From a virus (Duplodnaviria > Caudoviricetes), in the IMG/VR virus record IMGVR_UViG_3300033069_001536, positions 2,386 through 66,385 of that record: a stretch of DNA of 64,000 nt. One strand, written 5' to 3'. The notes below the pieces were generated by a model. It had not been told where the DNA came from, did no database searches, and saw only the letters and a list, made by a program, of their open reading frames with translations. Both the position numbers and the translations under genes were made by a program. Shown here one piece after another: positions 1 through 8,170 of this stretch. Position 1 is the first letter of the stretch, and every line of letters begins with the position of its first letter.

Positions 1-2
1 AG

Positions 3-431
3 ATGATAGAACGCTGTAAAGTAAACTCAGAAGGATTTGTAATAGTTCCTATTGTTCCTATGGGAGCAGTTAGATTATCTTCCTCAGATCGGTGGGCAAA
101 GCGTCCAAGAGCAGTAATGTATTTTGACTGGAAGAATGAGTTTAAGTTGATTATGGCTCAGAGTGCTGAATTAAGAAAAGTTCTTGCAAATATTTTTGAG
201 AGTGGCCGTATGGAATTGCTTACTAAGCATGAACTTCCTGAAAGCTGGAGTAAAAAAAAGAAGGCCGAAAATTACGGAAAACCGATGCAATCAAAGCCAG
301 ATTGGGACAACTGTGGAAAGGGAATTTGTGACGTTGCTTTTAAAGAAGATAGTTTTATTTACCGTTGCATAGTCGAACAACGATGGTGTGATGAAGGTGA
401 AAGTCCTTGTGTAATGATTAAAGAGTGCTAA
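3..431 (+). CDS. rusA: RusA-like Holliday junction resolvase (start may lie outside window)
   Basis: KPDWDNCGKGICD..FKED matches the RusA acidic motif KPDxDNxxKxxxD; N-terminal VPMGAVR..SDRWAKRP is typical of phage RusA. Confidence 0.75.
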   Translation: MIERCKVNSEGFVIVPIVPMGAVRLSSSDRWAKRPRAVMYFDWKNEFKLIMAQSAELRKVLANIFESGRMELLTKHELPESWSKKKKAENYGKPMQSKPDWDNCGKGICDVAFKEDSFIYRCIVEQRWCDEGESPCVMIKEC

Positions 432-446
432 AAAAGAAGATCAGTT

Positions 447-809
447 ATGGATAAGCCAAAAAGATATTGCCCTTCCAATGGAACTGAAGGTGAGATGTTC
501 TTTTCTGAATTCTGTTATCAGTGTATTCATGAAAAGTTTTCGCACACGCAGAAACATGGAGACAAGCAGTGTGATATAATGAGTAATTCTTTGTTATATT
601 ATCCCAGTGAAGAAGGCTTTCCGAAAGAATGGATATATGATGAAAACAACCGGCCGACCTGCACTGCTTTTAAAAAGTGGGATTGGGGTAATGACGGAGA
701 TCCCGATGATCCGGGAAATCCAAAATACAGTCCACCGGATGATCCCAATCAATTGTGCATGCCTTTTGATATCGTAGACATTCTCAATGAAAGTGAAGTA
801 AAAGTTTAA
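447..809 (+). CDS. hypothetical Cys-containing phage protein
   Basis: 120-aa ORF with YCPSNGTEG..CYQC motif, in gene run. Confidence 0.6.
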   Translation: MDKPKRYCPSNGTEGEMFFSEFCYQCIHEKFSHTQKHGDKQCDIMSNSLLYYPSEEGFPKEWIYDENNRPTCTAFKKWDWGNDGDPDDPGNPKYSPPDDPNQLCMPFDIVDILNESEVKV

Positions 810-859
810 TTACCCGATTCTCCCCGCATCTTACCGACTAAAAACTATGGCGTAGTTAG

Positions 860-867
860 TAAATTTG
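860..867 (+). promoter_or_regulatory. Bacteroidota-type -7 promoter box upstream of replication operon
   Basis: TAAATTTG matches TAnnTTTG, intergenic. Confidence 0.5.
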
Positions 868-951
868 TATTGTTAATAAATAGTACAAAAAACTGTAGTC
901 GGCTGTTTTTATAGTATAATTTATTGCCCCACATTGCACCTGACACTCAGT

Positions 952-1053
952 ATGAAAAACATTCAACCAATTCCCCTTCCTATACATTGCCTTTCAGGAG
1001 CGTTCTGTTCCGACTGGGTGTCCTTTGTATATGGAGGGGACTTGTTGTTATGA
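952..1053 (+). CDS. 33-aa leader uORF coupled to replication initiator
   Basis: MKNIQPIPLPIHCLSGAFCSDWVSFVYGGDLLL*; its TGA overlaps the initiator ATG (ATGA at 1050-1053). Confidence 0.5.
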   Translation: MKNIQPIPLPIHCLSGAFCSDWVSFVYGGDLLL

Positions 1054-1775
1054 AGTATTATCTACACGACACCAATTCTTTTAATGACGAAAAAATTACC
1101 TTGCTGTTCCAGAAATTCGGATATGAGGGATTAGGATTATTTTATACTTTTTTAGAAAAGATCGCAGCCCAGGAGCAACCGATTAGTACTGAAGTTTTAA
1201 AGTTTCAATTAAAGGTGGGAAAGAAGCTGAATAAATGCTGGAACTTTATGGAAGAAATCGAATTAATTTCATCAAACAATGGTGAAACTTTCAACAAACA
1301 ATTGCTAAACTTTAGTGAAAAGTTCGAGATAAAAAAAGAAAAAAACAGAAACCGTGTTGCCAAATGGCGTGATAATGAGAAGAATAAGAAATCTGTAACG
1401 CATTACGAAAGCGTACGTAACGCCCCTAAAGTAAAGTTAAGTAAAGTAAATACTACAAACGATGATTGTAATGATGGGGAATCTCTAAATGACTACATAC
1501 AAATGTTCAATCAGGTCATTGGCAAATCCTTTAAACCAATTGAAAAGCTCCGGGACAAATGGTTGCTGCTTAAAAAGCAAGGTTACAGTATAGCGGATGT
1601 AAAAAAGGCACTGACCATAGCAATGAAAGATAAGTACCACCTAGAAACTCATTACAAGTACTTAACACCAGAATTCTTTACCCGAACCGACAAACTCGAC
1701 AAATGGCTTAATACTACCGAAAATACAAATAACACCTCTTATCAATCATCTGTTAATCTTTCAGGACAACTCTAA
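1050..1775 (+). CDS. phage replication initiator (DUF4373/Lin1244-like N-terminus, conserved phage C-terminal domain)
   Basis: MKYYLHDTNSFNDEKITLLFQKFGYEGLGLFYTFLEKI N-terminus, low-complexity linker, C-terminal YLTPEFFTR..KLDKWLN; directly upstream of helicase; start re-called at 1050. Confidence 0.75.
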   Translation: MKYYLHDTNSFNDEKITLLFQKFGYEGLGLFYTFLEKIAAQEQPISTEVLKFQLKVGKKLNKCWNFMEEIELISSNNGETFNKQLLNFSEKFEIKKEKNRNRVAKWRDNEKNKKSVTHYESVRNAPKVKLSKVNTTNDDCNDGESLNDYIQMFNQVIGKSFKPIEKLRDKWLLLKKQGYSIADVKKALTIAMKDKYHLETHYKYLTPEFFTRTDKLDKWLNTTENTNNTSYQSSVNLSGQL

Positions 1776-2722
1776 TGGCAAAGCACTGGTATAGCATTCA
1801 GGAGTGTATTCCGCAGGTCCAGCAGTTGTATAAAACCGGACTGACCAGAGGCGCTTATTGTGGATTTAATTCGGTAGATCCATATTACACCATAAAACCG
1901 GCAGGAACAACCTATTTGTATGGAACTCCGACATCCGGGAAAACGGAGTATTGGCTGGAAGTATTGATGTCAACTACCGAAATGTATGGATGGAACCATG
2001 TACTGTATCTTCCGGAGTCAGGATCCAAAGACGAAGTAGTAGCCGAACTGATCTCAAAATACGCAAGAAAGCCGTTTTTTAAAGATTATCAGAACCATAT
2101 TAGTCAGGATGAGCTTGACAGATATTTGCAGACACTAAACGAGCACTTTTTTATCATTGATCCAAAAGACCAATCTCTCAGCATTGAAGAGTTCTTTGAG
2201 CAGGTAGATGACATTGAAAGAGAAACCGGAAAAAAAATTGATACGACCGTAACAGATCCGTGGAACGAATTAAAGCATGATTATTCTGAGGAAGGGCGCC
2301 AGGATCTTTATATCGAAAGTCGCCTGGGATTTATTCGGGCAAATGCTATCGTTAAGAAAAGGCATAATTGCATCATTACACATTCTCGTGATCAGCATCC
2401 GGTAGAAGGAGTGGATATAAACAATAAGAAAGTGTTTTATCTGCCACCACCAACAGCCAGGGAGATTGCCGGCGGTCAGGCATGGTACCGGAAAGCAATG
2501 ATGCTTGTTTGTGTATGGAGACCACCACACAATATTATTGATCCGGGAACTGGTGCTCCGTTTGCAGATAATGAAGTTCATATCATTGTCCAGAAGTTTA
2601 AGCCAAAGGGAACAGGTAAAAAAGGAACGGCAAAATTATATTACGATATTCAACAAAACAGGTATTATGAATTCGAAAACGGAGAAAGAAGATACTCAGG
2701 AAAGAAAGCGTATCGCTATTAA
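1775..2722 (+). CDS. DnaB/Twinkle-like replicative helicase (RecA-fold domain only)
   Basis: Walker A YGTPTSGKTE, Walker B VTDPWN, ITHSR and IIVQKFK motifs; TAATG coupling to initiator. Confidence 0.8.
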   Translation: MAKHWYSIQECIPQVQQLYKTGLTRGAYCGFNSVDPYYTIKPAGTTYLYGTPTSGKTEYWLEVLMSTTEMYGWNHVLYLPESGSKDEVVAELISKYARKPFFKDYQNHISQDELDRYLQTLNEHFFIIDPKDQSLSIEEFFEQVDDIERETGKKIDTTVTDPWNELKHDYSEEGRQDLYIESRLGFIRANAIVKKRHNCIITHSRDQHPVEGVDINNKKVFYLPPPTAREIAGGQAWYRKAMMLVCVWRPPHNIIDPGTGAPFADNEVHIIVQKFKPKGTGKKGTAKLYYDIQQNRYYEFENGERRYSGKKAYRY

Positions 2723-3005
2723 GCGCGATATAACCATCAGTGAGCAGGTGATGATCACTTTTGATCCATTACGAAAAGTAAATAATGGATTGAATGAAAT
2801 GGACATTATGCAGGATTTGAATGATCTGGTGATCACTTGTCCTAAACTGATCAAGGTGTTTAATTTTCATAATGAAGTATATAACTTGGGAAAAATTGTG
2901 GGAATCCGATATGTAAAACAGAGGGAAGAGATACTATTGATGCGAAAAGAGATTGAAGAGTTAAAGGTTAAACTAAAAAACTACGAAGAATTCAATGGAG
3001 TATAG
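2667..3005 (+). CDS. hypothetical protein (start uncertain)
   Basis: ORF fills gap between helicase and next gene; coiled-coil C-terminus. Confidence 0.45.
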   Translation: MNSKTEKEDTQERKRIAIKRDITISEQVMITFDPLRKVNNGLNEMDIMQDLNDLVITCPKLIKVFNFHNEVYNLGKIVGIRYVKQREEILLMRKEIEELKVKLKNYEEFNGV

Positions 3006-3201
3006 AGATCGAGTGTTCTTACAGTTTTTGACAATGGAAGTAGGTGAGGAATTTGATTTGAGTGTCAATGTTAATCCTAAGAACATGGAATTATTTGTTG
3101 ACACCTGTAAGCAGTTAATTGACGAAGATTTGATGCCCTTGCATCAAATTGAGTTCAATGACGCTTACACAATTATAAAAAAGAAACCAAAAGTATTTTA
3201 A
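2995..3201 (+). CDS. hypothetical protein
   Basis: 68-aa ORF in tight gene run. Confidence 0.5.
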   Translation: MEYRDRVFLQFLTMEVGEEFDLSVNVNPKNMELFVDTCKQLIDEDLMPLHQIEFNDAYTIIKKKPKVF

Positions 3202-3204
3202 GAT

Positions 3205-3489
3205 ATGAGCATATTAACCATCAAAGGCAAGATCAACAAAATATTTCCTGTAGAGGGAGATAAAGATAAATTCCAGAAGCAGGTATTCTGGATGGATTAC
3301 GAGGAGAATGGATTTTTTCAAACCGTAGCATTTGAATGCTGGAAGAATAAAATGTACCTGATCCAGAACTGTGTTGTCGGTGAGACTGTAGAGGTGTATT
3401 TTAATGTGATGGGCAGAGTGCATGAAAACAAGTGCTACAATTCACTCAGGGTATGGAAGATAGTTTCAGAAGCTAATGGAAATGGATGA
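3205..3489 (+). CDS. DUF3127-family OB-fold / SSB-like protein
   Basis: TIKGKINKIF..FQKQVF..QTVAFEC..VGETVEVYFNVMGR..YNSLRVWKI pattern. Confidence 0.75.
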   Translation: MSILTIKGKINKIFPVEGDKDKFQKQVFWMDYEENGFFQTVAFECWKNKMYLIQNCVVGETVEVYFNVMGRVHENKCYNSLRVWKIVSEANGNG

Positions 3490-3760
3490 TGGAAAAGAAT
3501 AAGATATATAACATGAATTGTCTAGATGGTTTAAAACTATTGGAAGATAATTCAATTGACTGCTGTGTGACTTCTCCTCCTTACTGGGGATTGAGAGATT
3601 ATGGAAATGATGCGCAAATTGGTATGGAGGAGATTCCGGACAAATTTGTACAATCATTGGTAGATGTTTTTACCGAAGTAAAGCGTGTATTGAACTTAAT
3701 CCGGAATATATAAAGATAGCAGAGAAACGGTTGTATAAGAGTTTAGGTGCTTTTTTATGA
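3486..3760 (+). pseudogene. internally deleted N4C/N6A DNA methyltransferase
   Basis: N-terminal IDCCVTSPPYWGLRDY..EVKRV joins out of frame to C-terminal IELNPEYIKIAEKRL; SAM-binding motif absent. Confidence 0.8.
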
Positions 3761-4161
3761 AAGTAAAGATCTGTTCCAGGTGTGAAAAGCCAGTAGAGAA
3801 GTATGGAAATGCTTTTAAGAAACTTTGTGTCTTTTGCAATCGGGACCGGTTGAATGAGAATAAGCCTAAGAAGTATAGCAGTATAAAGCCGAAGTTCAAA
3901 GAAGCCAGTGGTGAAGCAGAATTATTTTTGCAGCTGTGGAAAGAACGAAAGCATGAATGTACGAACTGTGGAATATATTTGGGAGAAGAAATGAAAACTT
4001 GGTTTTTCTCACATATAAAAGGTGGCAAAGGTGGAATTCATAGTGAATTGAGACTTGATCCGACTAACATCGTTTTCCATTGTTGGGACTGCCACCACTG
4101 CTGGGGCGATCGTGGAATTGACGCATTTAACGCAAGAAAAGACATTAATAGAAAATCATGA
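3757..4161 (+). CDS. HNH/NinG-like Zn-binding nuclease
   Basis: N-terminal CxxC..CxxC, then CTNCG..SHI..LRLDPTNIVFHCWDCHH. Confidence 0.65.
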   Translation: MKVKICSRCEKPVEKYGNAFKKLCVFCNRDRLNENKPKKYSSIKPKFKEASGEAELFLQLWKERKHECTNCGIYLGEEMKTWFFSHIKGGKGGIHSELRLDPTNIVFHCWDCHHCWGDRGIDAFNARKDINRKS

Positions 4162-4455
4162 AACCGCATTCCCGGTCAGTGTAGGCTCCACTACCGGGAC
4201 TTTCACTGTGATCTCAGAGTAAAGAACTTCTACTTGGATATTGTATTTGAACTTGAAATTAAGGATTTCGCGATCAATATTTATGGGCTGGAAACAAGTA
4301 ATCATGAGATGTTGTTTTCCTGAGTGCAGGTAGGGTTGCGAGAATTTGCACATAAATCCTTTTTTTTCTGGTTTCTGAGCTTTCCCGAACTTTCTTTTGA
4401 TCCTCCAGGCGTATCCTGGAGAACCGGTGAGTAAGACACAATTAAATATTTCCAT
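4156..4455 (-). CDS. hypothetical protein
   Basis: 99-aa ORF, last of leftward run, converges on 3757..4161. Confidence 0.45.
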   Translation of the reverse strand: MEIFNCVLLTGSPGYAWRIKRKFGKAQKPEKKGFMCKFSQPYLHSGKQHLMITCFQPINIDREILNFKFKYNIQVEVLYSEITVKVPVVEPTLTGNAVS

Positions 4456-4500
4456 GTAGTGTTTCTTTGGTGTCGATGTAGTGGAGTTTGAGCATGGGGG

Positions 4501-5583
4501 TTAGATGTCTGTTTCTTGTATTGCTTTGAATATTTGAAGAGCTACTTGCGGAACGATTGCATTGCCTGCCGCCATTATGCTTTGCTCTCTCCATTTAGGA
4601 AAGGTAATTCCGTCCAGTCGGAAGGAAAGCCCATCATTTCTAAGACAAATTGGGGATTGAGTTGGGAAGTTTTCCCAGTCGTTAATTCCATTTCCGCAAT
4701 TTGATCGGTCAAATTTCCTTTGCCCCTCTTGTCCGATGTATTTCCCCTGGCTGATTGAACTGTCGGAGTGCAAAGAAATTTTACTACTCTCGTTAATTTC
4801 ATTGAGTGCATCGAACCCTCCTTTACTTGTGTGCTTTTCATTGTTGCAGTTGCATTTGTCGCATCCATTGCAGTCGGGGTTGGTATCATCCCCTTTATCA
4901 CATTGCTTAATCCCTGTTGTTTGCTTTTCGCACTTCTCCGGTCTGAGCAATCCGGAGTCGGTAAAAGTTTGTAAAACATGATTGAATCCATTATACTGTT
5001 CGGGCTGTTCTCTCCGTTCTTTCTGCTCATCATTGTTGTTGCCCCTGCCTCCAATAATCCCTCCACTCTTTCCGGATGGTCTCTTTGCACACTTGTCGGA
5101 GTAGGCAACAAACCATATTCTGTCTCTTCTGTGGGGAGCGTTGACGGCGCAAGCTGGAAGTAAAAACGGTAAGACTTCAAAGCCTTGATTTTCCAAGTCA
5201 GATTGCACCTCGTCGAATACCAACCCTCCATTCCAATTAGTGAGGCCGCGAACATTTTCGCCCAAAACGTAGCGCGGTTGAATCTCTCGAATTGCTCTAA
5301 GCATTTGCGGCCAGAGATGACGTTCATCTTCTTTGCCTTTCCGCTTTCCTGCGTTGCTGTATGGCTGACACGGGAATCCTCCGGTAAGAATGTCAATTGA
5401 TCCTCTGTGAATAGTGAAGTCTGTTGTAGTAATGTCATTATATGATGTAGCGTTAGGCCAGTAATGTTTTAATACTTTTTGTCCGAAAGGATTCCATTCA
5501 CAATGAAAAACGTTTTCCCATCCCATCCATTGAGCGGCAAGATCGAATCCACCAATACCGCTGAAGAGTGAACCGTGTCTCAT
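4501..5583 (-). CDS. dcm: C5-cytosine DNA methyltransferase, alpha polypeptide
   Basis: motif I FSGIGGF, IV GGFPCQPYS, VI ENV, VIII HRRDRIWFVA, X AGNAIVPQVA; motif IX missing in this frame. Confidence 0.9.
   Translation of the reverse strand: MRHGSLFSGIGGFDLAAQWMGWENVFHCEWNPFGQKVLKHYWPNATSYNDITTTDFTIHRGSIDILTGGFPCQPYSNAGKRKGKEDERHLWPQMLRAIREIQPRYVLGENVRGLTNWNGGLVFDEVQSDLENQGFEVLPFLLPACAVNAPHRRDRIWFVAYSDKCAKRPSGKSGGIIGGRGNNNDEQKERREQPEQYNGFNHVLQTFTDSGLLRPEKCEKQTTGIKQCDKGDDTNPDCNGCDKCNCNNEKHTSKGGFDALNEINESSKISLHSDSSISQGKYIGQEGQRKFDRSNCGNGINDWENFPTQSPICLRNDGLSFRLDGITFPKWREQSIMAAGNAIVPQVALQIFKAIQETDI
4575..5438 (-). CDS. nested alternative-frame polypeptide of C5 methyltransferase (beta chain, motif IX-like)
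   Basis: 287-aa ORF on the same strand, wholly inside dcm; repeated (L/I)PTP units and C-terminal LNPQFVLEMMGFPSDW. Confidence 0.7.
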   Translation of the reverse strand: MTLLQQTSLFTEDQLTFLPEDSRVSHTATQESGKAKKMNVISGRKCLEQFERFNRATFWAKMFAASLIGMEGWYSTRCNLTWKIKALKSYRFYFQLAPSTLPTEETEYGLLPTPTSVQRDHPERVEGLLEAGATTMMSRKNGENSPNSIMDSIMFYKLLPTPDCSDRRSAKSKQQGLSNVIKGMIPTPTAMDATNATATMKSTQVKEGSMHSMKLTRVVKFLCTPTVQSARGNTSDKRGKGNLTDQIAEMELTTGKTSQLNPQFVLEMMGFPSDWTELPFLNGESKA

Positions 5584-5702
5584 GTCCTTTCCCCCTTCTT
5601 AACCTCCCTTATCCTATACCCGTATTTTAGTAGTGATGCTTCACAGTCAGATGGCTTTAAGGGTAGCCATTTGAGGTGGAGTTTGGAGTAGTATTGTTTC
5701 AT
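5580..5702 (-). CDS. small hypothetical protein (40 aa)
   Basis: ATGA-coupled on both sides (to 5699..5914 and to dcm). Confidence 0.45.
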   Translation of the reverse strand: MKQYYSKLHLKWLPLKPSDCEASLLKYGYRIREVKKGERT

Positions 5703-5914
5703 GATGCTGTTTTAGTTAGTTCATTAATTTTTAAATCGTAAATTGCATCAAACACATCAATAAGCGTTTTTCGGTTACACTTTTTATTGTATGTATTCAT
5801 TTCGCCTCCGTATTTCATAAACAGAAAACAGGTAAAGAATACCTTGTAAGTCGAAAATACAAATACGATTCCGAATACAAATGGTAATACAATTAATCTG
5901 AGTAGGTATTTCAT
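5699..5914 (-). CDS. small membrane protein
   Basis: hydrophobic N-terminal helix LLRLIVLPFVFGIVFVF. Confidence 0.5.
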   Translation of the reverse strand: MKYLLRLIVLPFVFGIVFVFSTYKVFFTCFLFMKYGGEMNTYNKKCNRKTLIDVFDAIYDLKINELTKTAS

Positions 5915-6132
5915 TTCTCTTGTGGTTTAGATGTGAGGGATTGTTTGTAGAGGTCGAGGAGTTCGTCAAGTGGATTGTTAAGGAAATATCCTTGTTCAAA
6001 AATCCAGTTAACAAACTCCACTGCAAACTTGTCACGTGCGGAAAGGATAAGTTGTACCGCTTCCTTGACATCGTATGTATCATCCTGAAAAGTGTGATAT
6101 AGTATCTTTTCGATTTTTTCCTGTTCTGTCAT
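5911..6132 (-). CDS. hypothetical protein
   Basis: 73-aa ORF, ATGA-coupled. Confidence 0.55.
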   Translation of the reverse strand: MTEQEKIEKILYHTFQDDTYDVKEAVQLILSARDKFAVEFVNWIFEQGYFLNNPLDELLDLYKQSLTSKPQEK

Positions 6133-6163
6133 TTGTCTGATGTGTTTATAGTGGGTGAATTAT

Positions 6164-7006
6164 TTAGTTTAGTAGATTGTCTATTCTTGCTTGCAAAGAA
6201 CCGCCGCAAAATCGTTTAGATTCTTTCAGCAACTCCCTCATCTTATCTACCTCCTGCTGAAGCGATGAAAGTTTGTTGTCGCTTTCTGTTTTCCATTTTC
6301 TATATTGATTGATTCCGTTTTTAAAATAGTAATAGGAAATTTTTGCGCTTAATTCTATCCTGCTTTCTTCATCCTTATATTTATCAAAAACCTCTTTTAT
6401 TTGATCCGCAATACATTTTATGTTTTCATTATCCCCAATGATAATTTTTGAATCTATCTTCCCCTCCTCTTGCGCTTGCTGTGATAGGTCCTCTTCCTGT
6501 GCTGAAGGTGAGATGAGTTTATGTCTATATTCAATAAACTTACTTACTCTATCATAGGATAAATTAAATGATTCTAAAGGTGTTCCGTTTTTATCTGTTC
6601 TTATTGGCACATTGTACCCTTCAAAGAATTTGTATTCAATATTTATAAACGAGTCGAACAGAATACCGTCAACGCCCGCCATTGTCCAATACTCGTTTTT
6701 ATTAATCTCTTTGTTAAATTCTTTCAAGTCCTCTTCTGTCAAGCGTGAAGGCTGTGAGGTTAGGAGTTGTAAGTAGTCGGATGGGCTGACTAATTTCATT
6801 CCCGAGTTTTGATATTGCTTAAATGTCATTACACATCTACGGTTGGTATCTATAAAATAGACTGCACCACTAATTCCATTAAACGGAATGCCTACATATT
6901 TCGGGTCTCTTGACTCAAGTCTGTTTATTATTTTTAGATTTTGGTCTGCCTCGGCAGTTCCATCATATCTGAAACAAGTATTACTCAGTGTTACGTTCTC
7001 TTTCAT
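6164..7006 (-). CDS. hypothetical protein
   Basis: 280-aa ORF, coiled-coil C-terminus, no motif recognised. Confidence 0.6.
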   Translation of the reverse strand: MKENVTLSNTCFRYDGTAEADQNLKIINRLESRDPKYVGIPFNGISGAVYFIDTNRRCVMTFKQYQNSGMKLVSPSDYLQLLTSQPSRLTEEDLKEFNKEINKNEYWTMAGVDGILFDSFINIEYKFFEGYNVPIRTDKNGTPLESFNLSYDRVSKFIEYRHKLISPSAQEEDLSQQAQEEGKIDSKIIIGDNENIKCIADQIKEVFDKYKDEESRIELSAKISYYYFKNGINQYRKWKTESDNKLSSLQQEVDKMRELLKESKRFCGGSLQARIDNLLN

Positions 7007-7029
7007 TTGGTGGTGGGGTTAGAATTGGT

Positions 7030-7410
7030 TTATAATAAATTTATTTTCTGCAAATACTCAATAGCTTCAATATGATTAGATAAATAATGATGTTTCCAAA
7101 CCTTGTCCCCTTCTTCCATATATCCAGCATTAAAATATGGATAGTTGTGATATCTATCCTTTTCAATCAACTGAATCATTATTTTCTTGTTTTTCCATCC
7201 TAGCTTTACATACTCCTCATTTTTTACAGAAGTATTAAAATATATATTTACAGACTCTTCTGCATCTACACCGTGCTGATACATAAATTTTTGCCGGCTT
7301 ATCTTATCAAAAACGAAATCAAATAAATTTGACGTAGATGTTATTAATAATAGTTTAGCTACTTCTATCGCATCTTCATCGCTAATTGATTTAAGTTTGT
7401 CTTTTTTCAT
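7030..7410 (-). CDS. hypothetical protein
   Basis: 126-aa ORF in leftward run. Confidence 0.55.
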   Translation of the reverse strand: MKKDKLKSISDEDAIEVAKLLLITSTSNLFDFVFDKISRQKFMYQHGVDAEESVNIYFNTSVKNEEYVKLGWKNKKIMIQLIEKDRYHNYPYFNAGYMEEGDKVWKHHYLSNHIEAIEYLQKINLL

Positions 7411-7697
7411 ATCTGTTCCTGTTTAAATGTTTGATTGAAATACTCTTCGCCTGTTAAAACGATATTACTATTTGAGTTGAGGGTTGTGTTTATGGCATCG
7501 TCTACTGCATCCACTATATTCTGGCGTTCTTCGGATTGTTTGGATTGAAGGGAGCGAATGACTTCTTTTAATAATGACTTTTTATATCCATATAAAGCAA
7601 GCGTTGATTCTGAGAGCGTTTTTGCTTTAATGTGCTTTTCGTAAAAGTCGACTTCTTTCTGATACTCCTCGATCAGTTGTGTTGTGATTAGTTGCAT
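7407..7697 (-). CDS. hypothetical protein
   Basis: 96-aa ORF, ATGA-coupled. Confidence 0.55.
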   Translation of the reverse strand: MQLITTQLIEEYQKEVDFYEKHIKAKTLSESTLALYGYKKSLLKEVIRSLQSKQSEERQNIVDAVDDAINTTLNSNSNIVLTGEEYFNQTFKQEQI

Positions 7698-7708
7698 GGG
7701 TTAGGGGG

Positions 7709-7870
7709 TTATGATGCTTTTACATTGTAGTACTTTCCGGTTGTCGGACACTTTGCTTCAAGCATTCCATTTTCTACTAATCGCATTCCTTGAAACTGTT
7801 TAAAGTGAAGCCTTTCTTTGCAGCAAGGACAAATTAATGTTCCTTTTTTAAGTGGCAAGTCTGTTTTCAT
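7709..7870 (-). CDS. small Zn-ribbon protein (53 aa)
   Basis: MKTDLPLKKGTLICPCCKERL..AKCPTTG; fills gap, not in ORF track. Confidence 0.5.
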   Translation of the reverse strand: MKTDLPLKKGTLICPCCKERLHFKQFQGMRLVENGMLEAKCPTTGKYYNVKAS

Positions 7871-7919
7871 ATCTCTTTTATTTTTTACCCCGCAGTCGGA
7901 TTGGTTGAATGGGGAGTGA

Positions 7920-8123
7920 TTAATTAATTATTTTTTCTACTATAATTCCCGTAGGAATTAACACAATGCACATCAGCATAATTGCAGCGCAAAAACCTCT
8001 TGCGTCAGGATTCCATGTTTTAGGGCTTAAATCATATTGACCTAATGCAAACGCTAGGTAAACCATTAGTGCAACAAATATTCCTATTAGTAATCCGAGT
8101 AATGCAATTTTTAGTGTTTTCAT
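7920..8123 (-). CDS. small two-helix membrane protein
   Basis: two hydrophobic segments in 67 aa. Confidence 0.55.
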   Translation of the reverse strand: MKTLKIALLGLLIGIFVALMVYLAFALGQYDLSPKTWNPDARGFCAAIMLMCIVLIPTGIIVEKIIN

Positions 8124-8170
8124 TTTCCTTTGTGTTAAATGATTTGTTATTTGATTAAGGGGTTAGTAGA

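Noticed and set aside
924-1049. N-terminal extension of the initiator from TTG at 924
   Set aside because: The family-like sequence starts at ATG 1050; the upstream region is better explained by a uORF and RNA structure
2505-2666. Long overlap of ORF 2505..3005 with the helicase
   Set aside because: The upstream part lies within conserved helicase motifs; a later start is more plausible
4442-4495. 17-aa micro-ORF or possible frameshift into 4156..4455
   Set aside because: No slippery site or homology support; cannot distinguish from chance
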